From NCBI GenBank assembly GCA_977016875.1, contig CDRNST010000339.1, forward strand, positions 62,001 through 126,000: a stretch of DNA of 64,000 nt, read 5' to 3'. How positions within the stretch are numbered: the first letter of the stretch is position 1; each line of letters opens with the position of its first letter. Origin of the DNA: Pavona decussata. Its lineage: Eukaryota. This document shows, piece after piece, positions 12,291 through 24,610 of the stretch. Both the position numbers and the translations under genes were made by a program. The notes below the pieces were generated by a model. The model did no database searches, was not told the DNA's origin, and saw only the letters and a program-made list of their open reading frames with translations.

Positions 12291-14625
12291 GTAAGTGTCC
12301 GCATCATCTACCCTCTAGTTGTCTTGACCTCGTTTAGACGATAAGGATGCGTTCGACGGGCCGTATTGCGGAATGCTGGTTACACGTAATAGATCTTTGG
12401 AGAACTCTGGTGGGTCTTAATTCCTCCGGTTGAGGGAATTGTTACCAACGTTCGGTACATTATTAATCAACACCCTTATTTCGTGGAATACAAAGAAAAG
12501 GTTATGAACTGCGAAAAGAGTGGGAAAAAAGTAGTTGATTATTTCTTGATTCACGTACTTCACCTGCATTCAGGGGTTTTATTCGACCAACCAGGTTTAA
12601 TCAGTGAAACCTTTGGCATTCACAGTTATTTAGCGAAAAATATATTTAACTTAAAAAATCCTGCGTTGTAAGTTGCTGAAGCTGGCATTGAAACATTATT
12701 CCAATTCATAAACACGGTTTCATTGCAGGTTAGATTAGTACACAGACTAATTAAGCGGTTGCAGTGAAGCCATGATTAAATGTTTCTATTTTTTTTTAAC
12801 GGAAAATAACTATACTGAAAGACTTTCGCCCAAATGCAAACTGCATGTTTAAAGTACTCTTTGAACAGAATATTGAATCAGAAACTAAATTACCCGAAAC
12901 TTCTTTCTGACGTTGAAAAAGGGCCTATTTTAGATTCGCTTTTGGTGTTGTTCTTGCCTTTAACAGATAAAGGACACAATCGAAGGAAATCACTTCAAGT
13001 TCTGTTACACTTTGCTCAACGATTTTTTGAACCCCAGTGTAAGCATCGAAATCCGTAAAGAAGCCGTATTTGAACATTCACCGTACTAAAAGTGATGAAT
13101 TCGTATCCATTTTTTTAACATTTGACATTTGACATCCGTCTTTGTTTTAGAAAATACAGACTCTGACAGGTTTTTGTGAGTCCGGAATTATTCTTCCAAG
13201 AGCTTCAGGCACACATTTTAATTTCGACATTCAGTTTGTTTTTAAGTCGATGGAAACTCCATTTGTTCGTTTTGTGTTCAAGCAAACATCGTTCTTTGTC
13301 CGTGTGCAGAACCCGAATGTAAGGCGCAATAATACGGTTTAAAACACTTCTGGGAAGTGATATCTCAAGAACAAAAACATTTTATAACTAACCGGCTGAG
13401 AAGACTGATACGATACAATCCTAGTCACTTATCAGTTTAGGTTCGTTCAGTTCTGCATCTGTATCTAGCACCTAGAGAAATTATAGTCCACGAATAGTAC
13501 TTGAAAAGCCAATATTTTAGTTTTTAAAAGAGGATAACAGTTTGAGTTACTTAAAGGAGAAAACAGGAACAAATGGATTAAAAATTACTATAATAAATTA
13601 CCTGCATAGACTACCCGGATTTTTTTGCCACTTGAGAAATAAAAATATTAAGCTCGACAAAAATGGAGAAAATTTAACTAAAACCGGGTCGACATCGATG
13701 CTAAGTTTTTTTTTTCCACTTAATATTTTTGGCTTAAATTTTGTAGTCAATTGAGAAATCTGTGAAATAGTTTCTTACATTTGACAAACCACAAAAAGAA
13801 AAACACATTTCAATTTTAGACCAAACAACTTTTAACAAGGATCGAAAACAGTCCAAGTGTTATATGTAAATTTCGTAATATGTCAATTTAAAGAAACTCG
13901 AAGCATGCTCATTGGTGTAAGATAATCCCACGAATTTCAAAATAATTATAGGTGAGAAAAGTGATATTTTAGATTTCACACACAAACAAAAACTCTTTCT
14001 TTCATTAATTTCAAGTGTAAGCGTTGGACTCACACGCTGCCTTTTGTTGAAAACAGAGGCACAGGTGGCAAAATTAAGAAAGACCGAAAAAACAAATCAC
14101 ACAGATTCGCATATTAACTGAGAATTATAACTTGACAAGGTATTAAAAAATGAAAAACAAAAAAAAAAAACAGTAAAGGATTATTCTACGAAATGAGAAC
14201 AAAACGTAAAATAAAAATTCGCTTTTAAGAGCTTAACTTATCACACCAATAAAAATTTATAGGTTATTTTAAAATAATCTGGCCGCCCTGAGTGCGTGAA
14301 ATATTGTTAATTCTTCTCTGGGGACAGAACGATTAATTTAATTTTAATTTTAAGGCGGAAGGCAATGTCTTCAAAATTGGATTCTTAAAGTAATATCCAC
14401 CGGGAAATTAACAGCAAACAGTAATTCCCACTGCAAATCACCAACAATAATAAAATCATCAAAGTTGCATAAAAGTTTGATACAATACGTTAATTTAAAT
14501 ACGTTCCGCTTGTTATTGTGTTTGAAATCTATTTGTCCGGGTACCGCAGCGTGTTTTTATTTGACTTTAATTGACGAAATCTTTCCAGGGTGGTTTATTA
14601 AAAATTAACTTCGCTCACCTTCCAG

Positions 14626-15236
14626 ATGGCCCGCGCTGCAACTGTCAGCTCTGCGTCACAACTATGTATCCCGATCGCCTTTACGAGCACCACCTGGCGC
14701 AGATGAAACCGCAGGATATGGTTTGCAGACTCGGTGAGGAAAGATTCTCTCCCTTGCTTCATAAGCAGAAAGCTGAACCCGCGGACAATCCAGCGGCTTT
14801 CCAGTTTGCCCTTTCACTTCCACCTTCGTCGCACGCACTGACGTCACCGCAAGAAGAACAGAGAAGGCAAAAGCAAAAGCGATTTCAGTGCATGCACTGC
14901 GAGAAATCCTTCGGAAAATCTTCGCATCTTCGGGATCACATCCGAACTCACACCGGGGATCGTCCGTTTCGTTGTCAGTTTTGTAACAAGGCGTTCACGC
15001 AGTACTCGAACTTGAGAACCCACACGCGCATTCACACGGGCGAAAAGCCATTTAAGTGTCATCACTGTAACAAAAGCTTCACTCAGGCGGTCACGCTGCG
15101 CAGTCACACAAGAACTCATACTGGAGATCGACCATACCACTGTAAGCGATGCAGCAAATCTTTTGCCTGTTTCTCCGGTTTAAAGGGGCACCACAGGGTT
15201 CACTCGGACGTCGAACAAGATGAACTGGAAATGTGA
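14626..15236 (+). CDS. PRDM-like zinc-finger gene, last exon: four tandem C2H2 zinc fingers
   Basis: Four CxxC-x12-HxxxH fingers with TGDRPF/TGEKPF/TGDRPY linkers; stop TGA ends at 15236. Acceptor cttcgctcaccttccAG (14625) is phase 1; an alternative phase-0 acceptor ends at 14588. A+B+C = 975 nt = 324 aa plus stop. Confidence 0.92.
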
Positions 15237-15264
15237 TAACAATTTGATCAGCTTAGCTTCTCAT

Positions 15265-15270
15265 AATAAA
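15265..15270 (+). promoter_or_regulatory. Candidate polyadenylation signal of the zinc-finger gene
   Basis: AATAAA 28 nt after the stop codon; an ATTAAA also occurs near 15402. Confidence 0.4.
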
Positions 15271-15789
15271 ACAATTCAGTTATAGACTGAACAAACAAGG
15301 GGCAGTATTAATTTAGCAAATCTTTAATTTCAGAACCTAAAAGAAACAAAATGTACATACAATAATCACACATACCTTGTAGTATTTTGTTAGTCATTCA
15401 AATTAAAAAAGTTAACAAAATCAGCAAATTACTTGTCGTTCTTCCCCTTTTTTAAATGTTAAAACATTTCCTAGAAACTCATTTGCCTGGCCATGAGAGG
15501 TTGATTCTCCACAACAATCACTTGTACATTGACATTTGTCTGTGTTGGTAGAATAGTATCATTTGGGGGTCCGATATAGCTTGACCAATGCCCAGATTGG
15601 TCTCCTCTTGGGGTCTTGATTCAGATTTACCAACAAACATCCCCACCCCTTTCACAAAAGCTTAAATTACATTCAACCCGAGCGCAAGGCGATGGATTGT
15701 GTTGTTGCACCTTTGATGAATGGATCTTTATTTAAATTTATTCCATGATAACACAAATTATACAACACAACAATAAACTCTTTTCGTCT

Positions 15790-15875
15790 TAGGCCTTGTT
15801 CACGCTAATCCAGATAAACTGAAAAATTGAAAGCACATCTCTTTTATCCGGAGCATAGTAGTGTGGACAAGGTCT
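15790..15875. mobile_element. Degenerate small MITE (Harbinger-like termini)
   Basis: Imperfect inverted ends aggccttgttcacgcta ... tagtgtggacaaggtct. Confidence 0.45.
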
Positions 15876-17099
15876 TGTCCACTCTGGACAGCATCTTCAA
15901 AAAGATCCATTTTCGGTGCCCACCTGATCGTACCTATCGTTAGTGCCTCGAACGGAAAGTCAAACCGAAGGGGAAAAAAGGTGTATTTTTGAGATTCATC
16001 AGTATTGATTGTTTTTTATTTTCCCAAAGTTGAGATAATCAGATTTAAAAAATCTGCTATATTCTAATTCCCCTTTAGTTTTCCGTCACAAAATATTAAA
16101 TATATGAGAATCCCTGAGTAAATTAAAATTTCGCGGGCAGTGTTTTGTATCACGTCAACATGTACTCTTTGACAGTGATACATTCCAGGCTGTTTATTGC
16201 GCTTGACCGGGATTTACGATAAACAAAACTTTATTTAAAGAAAAAAGCATAAATGACAGTGTATAAAATGAAACCAAGAAAAAGAATCATCCATCTTTTA
16301 GATCTATTTCACTTTACCGTCACGCAATATCTTTATCGCGCACCGCACGTCACGTTCGAAGTCAACTTGCCGACATTGAGTATAGCAGTCGACATGATCG
16401 TATAAATTCGCTCGTTTCTAGAGAAACACAAATTGCAATCCCTTGATCTTACTCCAGTGGTCTACTGAAAGCGAGACAGTCCCTTTGTGCAATTTGCGAC
16501 TTTACAACACAGCAACGCGCACAATATTTTACATTCACAACCATTCCCTGAAAATGCAAACTTACCTCATAAATATCACTTCTTTGTCTATCATTACTTG
16601 AAATTCCTCTTGTTTAGTCTATCAACAGACGAAAAACTGGGTGAGAATAGAGAAGAAACTGTCTATCCGTTTTATATAAGACAAATCGCAGACAAATCGA
16701 GACAAATCTTTTGCCGCCATTACCCGAATGCGTGACATCATGACATGCGTCGTTTCAGACCTCTCACCGAAGGAACGCGGGCGCACACAAATGCCACATT
16801 CCTGAACTGCCTCCGCTCTCGGTCACGCAACTTACGGTCTGTGACATACAACGGACTACACTTGTAAAAGATCGGGTAAAACTCCTGAAGCGAATTTTTT
16901 AGTTGCAACTACAGTGAACAGAAATGTAAGAAAGTTATTCTCCTCACTAACCTTTAATTCTGACGCCAGTGATCACATTATTCAAGTCAATTTCATATTT
17001 TTTTTTTAAGCCGGGTAACTCGTTCAAGTGTGGTCGCCAACGAAAGGTCAGACCATAGGTGGGATAATTTTTAGTCACGTCAGTAGCCTCTGGTAGTTG

Positions 17100-17519
17100 C
17101 AGATGCTTATTACACTGTACCAGGTGAATGCATGTATTCCAAAATCCCATAATAGCTTTCGGTAGCTCGCAAACCATTTCTGGAACAAAGTACCAAATGG
17201 GCATAAAAAGTGTGGACTCACTTCACACTTTTAAAGGAGGCTTTTAGACTTTTGCGATAACAAAACCCTTTCTTACAATCCCCCAAGCGGTGAGGGTGCA
17301 AGTTGTTAAATTCACTTTAAAATAACTTGATTGTAATTATATGATAATTTATTAAATGCCTCTATTTTGTTATCATTTTGAATACTTTTAGTTGGGGCTG
17401 AATATCAATTGGGACATCGTCCTGTTTTCTGCTCCAGTTGCTGACGCTTAGGATATTCTTATTTTATTATTTTAATTTTCTATGTATTAGTTGCTACGAA
17501 TTCAATAAAGTAAAGTAAA
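17100..17519 (+). mobile_element. Decayed 3' end of a CR1/L2-group LINE
   Basis: Broken translation HNSFR*LANHFWNKVPNG / IKSVDSLHTFK matches the LINE ORF2 C-terminal SFxYxxxxLWNxLP...SLxxFK. It is followed by an AT-rich UTR, a stem-loop and an AATAAAGTAAAGTAAA tail. Confidence 0.65.
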
Positions 17520-17730
17520 ATTGCTAGCATTTAATGTACAACCAAAGAATTTCCGGGTTAATTACCGAACCATGATAACGTTGAGAAAAACGTACAATTT
17601 TCAAGACAGCAGAGTAGCAGTTTGGTGTTGATATCCCTCAATATGCTCACAACCTGTTTGTTTGATCAAAAACGATTTAAAGAAAATCATTTATCAAGAA
17701 TGTGTTCTTGCATGAACCCCCCCCCCCCCC

Positions 17731-18097
17731 ATCGGGGGAAGGGGGGTGCTCAAGAAAGTTTTATAAGGGAAGGCTTCGCCCCAAGCAAAACCTTACCCTT
17801 TATCTACCATTTTTGTCAGGAAAGGTTTTAACCCTTTCATATACCTTCCATAGCAAATGGTACCAATTTCATATACCCACAGAAACACTTTTTCGTTGGG
17901 TTTGTTCGAGATTTAAATACCTAAATGGCAGTTTCTCCTACCCTTTTCTTTACTTCAGGTCGTAAAAATACTCTATCCTTTTGTATACCTCTAACCTAAA
18001 AAAGGTATCCCTTTCGGGCGGAGCCTCCCCGTATAGTCTATTATAAGGAGTACCCCTCCTCTCTCTCCCCCCCCCCCCCCACCCCACCTCACCGGGG
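17731..18097. mobile_element. Non-autonomous DNA element with G-rich/C-rich (CCCGG-type) termini
   Basis: Left end cggggaaggggggtgctc...tataagggaaggcttcgccc is inverted to right end gggcggagcctccccgtata...gagtacccctcc...ccggg; internal aaaggtaccc-like subrepeats. Confidence 0.7.
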
Positions 18098-19421
18098 GCA
18101 CTCCAGGCCGGATTATCTAGAAATGAATAATAATGATAATATTGTGCATGTGCCGTGTATTTTGTGCCATGGAAAACAGCAGTAAAACCTGTTGTTTAGG
18201 AAAAGTGATCCGGAATCAATTTACACCTATGAAGAAAAGAAAACGAGATTATAAAATGTTTTTATTCCGTTTGTTTAGGGACGGAAGTTCTAATGTCCCC
18301 GCGCTTTTGTCGCTGTTTTTAAAATTTAATTAAAGTCATCAAACATCCATTAAGTGTACATTTGATGCCTCTTCATAATTATCTGTTGAAAGTGGGCGTT
18401 TTTATGGAAACAATATCAGTAAACAAATGCATGTGATGAAAGACAGGTTTCGCTACTCTCAACGTTGACGATTGAAAGCTGCGCGCTCGTTGGAAGTGTG
18501 CTCGATCAAACACCTTGGCCTGTTACGGTCTGGTTGAAGTGGGCAAAGAGAGGAAGATTCTGGATAATTTTAAAGGGTTTGGAGTTCAGCAATTGGTCGC
18601 CGACTTGTTGGTTTAGTCGACCACCGCAACTGTACTAGTAAATACTTTGAACAAGGTAAGTCGAGCGTAATAAATGTTTACCTTTTGCCTTTTAAAAACC
18701 TTTCCGAGTTCAACCACAAGTTCATTTAGTGGGTAAAGTATTCGGGCTTTGAAGCAATGGGATACAAAAGAATGAGTTATTTTAAACGTTACAGCAGAAG
18801 TTACTGTAGATTTGCTAGAGTGAATAAATACTGATTTCGGTTTAGTGTTTTTGGATATCTTCCCGTCGTCTGATCGCATGAATCTCTACTTGTCGCATAT
18901 GTTGGCCATGGGAATACAGTATATGCAAGAGGACATCACTTGTTTTTGTTTTTCGTTATTACACTAACAAGCACTATTCTCAGCTTCTCAGTGTCCAAGA
19001 TAAATGATAAGATATGAACTGAGATAAGATCACACTGAGATCAGTGAAGTTCAACTTCACTGTTTACGAAGTGGAACTTCAATTTATTATACTGGGTGTG
19101 CTTACCGAACAAAATTATCCTTGATGCACATTCAAGAGCCACCTAAACTGAATTGTCTGCGGTTTACTTAGATCGGCTTTCGATGGTACTGTATATGGGA
19201 TAATCTGGTAGTGATTTTAATTTCCCTAAGCAAGTAGCATTTATCTGTTAAAATTGTACTACCACTAAGATTCCGTTCAATATATCAAGTGGCATGCGCT
19301 ACGCTACCCAACCTCATATCAGCATAATTGAGTTTCTACAGAACCATGATGGCATTTGCAATGAGCCAGAGTGTAAAATGATTTATTTCAAGTCCGGCGC
19401 ATCGTATAAATTTTAGCGTTA

Positions 19422-19494
19422 CTAGCAGACGCTCTGTTGGGTTGTCACGCAATCTTTCGACGACGAGCCAAAAGAGCGTCTGCGAGAGAGGCTA
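19422..19494. mobile_element. Remnant of a TAG...CTA-terminal MITE
   Basis: Inverted repeat gcagacgctct ... agagcgtctgc, ending in gagagaggcta. Confidence 0.55.
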
Positions 19495-20717
19495 TTTAAA
19501 TTTAAACAAAATTATTGTTGACCATTGTTACATTTATAAAATGCATCGGTCTCAGAAAGGACGCAGGCATCGCAAGCTCACGTCACTAGAGAACGAGTAA
19601 TGATTAATAACCAGTGGGATGCATGTGGTATTGGGCTACAGGAGGCCTCTCAGATTGAATGCATGTGAAAGACTTTGTGTAGGGAATATAATTTTGTCGA
19701 TTCCGAACATTGAATAATGCTAAATTTTAACTTTCATAATTCAATAAAATAAAATTAAAAAATGACTCGCCCCTGGTGTATTATTATATATGTGCGTGAG
19801 GGTTACTTCACCGTTTTGTGAATCAGGCTTTGGATGTACGCCACTCAGTTCTAATGAGTCGGATGAAGGGAACAACAGTGGTGTCAAAGAAACCCCCAAA
19901 GGGTGGAATAACACCAAACCATATAAGGATACGCTAGAGATTAGTCAGTTTTTTTCATTTTATCGAATGATAGCTATATTTGACGTTCGCCAGGGATCTG
20001 CGAAATTTTATTCCCCATACAAAGTCTTGCAAAGCGTTCAGATTCTCAACGACCACCCACAATAACTCAACACTGCTTACATTCAAAGGTTCGTCGCTCT
20101 CTCCTAACGTGAGCTTACGTGTGAGCTTGGAGGGCCTGTGTTCAACTCTACTTAATTTCCTGTCGTAGCGGTACCGCTTATTATGCCATGCGTCGTTGGA
20201 TCTAACATGGATAAAATCCAAAGTGTGCACGTAGCTTTTGAGATGCAAGATATTCAGTGAGCAGTGCTGACTTCTTATAAAGGTATTGTAAAGGGTAGCT
20301 TATTCAACCCTTTAAGACTGGATAACTGATGTTTTAATTAACCGCGTGCGCATGAGTGATTGAGCAATAATTTCCGGCTGTTGACTGCTTTATTATTCAA
20401 CTGAATAGAAATCTTCCATCTTCGTAAGCAAAGACAAAATCATAAATTTGAGGTCATTAATTTTCACCAGTGGAATACGACGAAATGTCGAATTCCAGGA
20501 AATGCTTGCGCATGCCGTCCATAGGAGAATAATCGCACCAGAATCTCAGAGTTGAAAGCCGAGAAGGTTAGAAGTGGCAACAACCAGAAAGTACAATCAG
20601 CCTTTCTTGCGGGTGGAATGCTTTTGTTTCTCAGCAAACTTGCCCTGCCGCTAGACCACATTTTTCAGTTTGTACGGGTAGAACACAGAGCTCAGTTAAA
20701 AAGGAGAGTTTACAAAG

Positions 20718-21074
20718 GCAAAATTGCGTAGGCCTAATCTAGGCGGGTCCGGAAGAAGTCCTAGTGTTAATTACTTGAAATTTTAAGTGGAATTTTTAGG
20801 TAAATGCGTTTCTCACCGTCTTTAATAGTTTCTATACCTCATTTGTCATTTTGCAGAGGATAGATTACAGGCCCCAGTTGATCAAAGAATGGATAGCTTA
20901 ATCCAGCGGATAAGATGTACTCCAACTAATACACTTTCCACAAAAACTGTCCTCAGCTCCACTCTTTGAACTTTGATCTTTAGAAAAAATATGTATTAGT
21001 TTTGAAAGTTTACAAAAGCCAGAAGAGAATAGCAGCAAAATTGCGTAGGCCTGATCTAGGCGGGTCCGGAAGAA
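20718..21074 (+). repeat. 40-bp direct repeat pair (20718-20757 and 21035-21074)
   Basis: gcaaaattgcgtaggcct(a/g)atctaggcgggtccggaagaa, 39/40 identical; each copy is preceded by agtttacaaa. Confidence 0.9.
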
Positions 21075-24000
21075 ACCACTTTGTCCTTTACGTTTTTTCA
21101 AAAGTTACCTGCAGACAGATAAACAATCTACACAATAGCAACCCCTTATGTGATTCCGCCCTGCTGAGGGCGTGTGAGCTGCGTAATTATTAGTTTTGTT
21201 GGCGTGTGGAAGTGACACATAACGTTGACAACTTTCATAAAGTTTTGTGCTCTTCGCTTTTGGCTGTAAAACCTAGCGGGCTTTTAGGGCTATCTTAATC
21301 TCTATTGAAGACGGCCGCGTTCGAAAGATGTATGGAATAGAACAGGTAAGCTTGCTTTTCGAAATTTCTCCCGACATTCCTACAAGTAGGCCATTTGAAT
21401 CGAATACAGAAACTTACCGTTTTTAACCTTTTTGGAAACAGAATAACAATTTGTTTCACTAAGCAGGCATTACATGAAAGTAAAGCTCACTGGCCTTCAT
21501 TTGAATGGTCACACTCTAAGATTTCATACGAATGATCCACAGGCTTATGAGTTAGCCCCGACTGCGTAACGTAAGGTTTCAGTCCTTGAGAGAATCTTAT
21601 CATGTTTTAAATATATAATTTGTTTTGGATCTCATAAGAACAGCTTTTCTGGGACTATGTAATCATTATTAGCCGGATAATTATATTTAAGACCTACATT
21701 TATCCAGACCAAGGTCAAGTGACTACTATTTCGGCAGTCTGATTCAAATGATCTTATGTTGTGACTTGCATATTGTTTGTCTGAGTCGTATGCTTCGCAA
21801 TTCAAATGGCCTGATGAGAACTGTCAGAGAATGAATACCTGCTCAAACAATGAATACAAAAGATAACTTCTCTTAAGCTTCTCGTAGAATGTAAATTTAT
21901 TCACCGAGGTAGTAATCTCTCTTCGATTTTTTTTTCTGAAATCTTTGCAGCTACTGATTTATACGACGTTAGAAAAAACGTTTATTTCAATGTGTTATGA
22001 TTTAATTAGTAAAGAGTTTCAGATCCACGCGTTTGGCCAGTTATGTCAACAGTCAATTACCTGAAATTAACTGAACCTGAGTAATATTCAGTGTAGATTG
22101 AACTCACAATATTAAACCTTTAGCAACCGATAAGCCCCCGAGAGTAAACTTGCTGCTCTGTCGGTCTTTCATTACATGTTGCTCTTTTGGATTGTATCGC
22201 TAAAGCCATTGACCTCACTTATAAATGATGCATTTTTTGACGATGGAAAATCAAAGTCACGCTGATTGCGATTGGAAGAACACAACCAGTTGGCAACGAT
22301 CATCGAAATTGCGTTCCAGTCATCGAGACTGTGACAGTCAAACATTACCGTAACCTTGAATAGCATAGACCATAAAAACTACAAAGCAATTTCCTGCCAA
22401 GGGTTTTAAAATAGTGGCGAAAAGAAACGAATCGAAGACTTCAGATCTTCATATAACAGTGCACAACTTCGTCGGGAAGGCATTGTTGCACACGGATTTG
22501 GCGGAAAAAATGACGCCCAGACGAATTTACCACGCAACATTTAAAGTGGTCAAGATACTTTGTTTTAGTTGGAGGCTATTCAGTTTTTCACATATATAAC
22601 AAGAATATTCTCAGTGGATTATCCGCTGTAAAGCTTATCTCCTCCGTGGAGACACTTGTAAACGTTAAAAATATATCAAGCCGATTTTTTAAAAAGGTGT
22701 TTGATGAAAACTTGGGCACTCTTCGTGAGACGACATCGACACACGGCGCAAGGTGGCCCCGAGTAAGGTTTGGAATACCGCGAAAGAGAGAAGAGAGGGA
22801 AAAAAGACTGCACGACCTTTTGTTTTTATATTGGCACCGTTCGTACTCTCAAAGAAGCATGACTTGAGCGTGCCCGTTTCGCGTTAGATATGCAGTTAAG
22901 GTTCCTCTTGTTACCGTAGAGACTTCGCGGGAGACGTGGTGCTCTAGAATTATTATTTTAAGGTTAAATTATCGGATTAACCTCTATGTACAAAGTGAGA
23001 GGTAAGATATTTGCCGTTATTTGCCGTGGTACCACGTTCTTGACCAAGTCACTTTTATTGACGTTACCTTCCTTCATCGTATCAATCAAAAACGACAAAT
23101 TACCGGACAGGTATCTTTTCCGCAAATACGACAAATATTAAATGAAGATGAAAAAAATGTTACATCAATCGAAAACGAGTCTAAAATCCCGTCCTGGTTT
23201 ACCAGTCTACTGTATTAATTTGAGAAGGATATCCGTGTGACTTTCCCTTTCGTTTTTAGACCGGAACCCCGTCCTTCACAGGGTTCATATTGGACGAGTT
23301 TTTACGTCTTAAGATGAGCTTTCATCTCTAATATGATCTGGTAATTGCGGTTTGAGAAAAGAAAACTTCGGTCACTTGTGCAAGAAGTGTTCTGGCTCTT
23401 AATGAGTCTGGGTGTCAGCAATGTAATAAGGAATATAGAAAAAGAAAAGATGGAGTTTCTGTTTACAATGTATTCGCTTGGTTTACTGGATGTGCTCAGA
23501 ATAAAATTAAACAAGACTTCCCTGCAGGAGCTCCTGACCCGATTAAATTTGTTTCTCTTCCTCGTATATTTGTCAAGTGGCCATGTAGTTTTGGATTCAT
23601 ATATTAGTCCACTTAAATCTTAATCGGTCTTAATCGTTTCTAGCTGTTTACTTCTTTTATTCATGCATGTGGGCCAGACTGGTAAAATATTTGTGTTTCT
23701 TTGAATGAGAACAAAAGAAATTACATTAATTAAAATAGATGGATTGGGCTTGTTATGAAAGAATAAAGAAATATATTGATGCTTGAAATAACTGATCTCG
23801 TTATATTTGTACGTACGCAATTTTTAAAATCTGCAATAGCGATTATGATTTTTCAGTGAAATGATGCAATGAAAACATTTGAAACAAAAAGGAAATAAAA
23901 TAAAGTTATTTTTTAAGTTCCTCTTTGTCATTCATGTTCACACAAAATCCCCAATTGCAACTAAAAATACCTTTCCGATATATGCCCGAGGGTGAGCATT

Positions 24001-24469
24001 AGAAACTGGGTTCACATGGTTTGTTTTGATACATTAAGTAACATATTATGAGCACAAAATCCATGCCTGTATTAATTTTAAGTAGTTTATTCGCACACCG
24101 GATATTACGATTAACCTTGACAAAAAAATGCCTCCCAAAATGTCAAGGTGAAAAATTGCTGAAATATTTCCGTCGACGTTCTGTTTTACTGAAAGTTTGG
24201 GGGCGTAAATAATTGCTCAATATTGACAGTGCGATATTGACCCGGCACGTAATCTTTTTCATCGATCATTCAGTTTTTGTTTTAAAAATGTTACAGGTGA
24301 ACGAGTGCGTTTGAAGAAATCGAGAAGTAGCTCATGTGAGCACGAGAGAGGTCTTAACCTGAGTCAAGTGAGTATCGATGATAACCATTTATTATCGACT
24401 TTACACAGGATACTTTAACTCTTAGGTGTAAAACACTTCGGAGTACCTACTACCTGTTGTGTAGGGAAA

Positions 24470-24610
24470 CGGGCTGTGCGGTCTAGTAACAAGTGTTTGT
24501 CGCGTTTGGCATCACGGATCTAGAAACAGTCCGGAGTACTACTGACGAGATTGGCCAGGACTGGGAGTCGTATAAGTGGGTAAGACACTAAACTCTATAG
24601 CGAAAACCGT
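24470..24610 (+). mobile_element. Possible degenerate SINE fragment
   Basis: tRNA-like start gggctgtgcggtctagt, and gggtaagacactaaactctatag resembles the gggcaagacactttactctcacag segment of anthozoan SINEs. Confidence 0.25.

Noticed and set aside
13092-13166. GTGATGA...CTGA box C/D-like pair (similar pairs near 31243 and 38518)
   Set aside because: No convincing terminal stem or rRNA-complementary guide by eye; such pairs are expected by chance.
14662-15140. Minus-strand ORFs over the zinc-finger exon (also 8393-8635, 59782-59985, 60073-60288)
   Set aside because: Antisense shadows of real coding exons.
19955-20248. 97-aa minus-strand ORF
   Set aside because: TTG start, no recognisable motif, and no consistent splice model.
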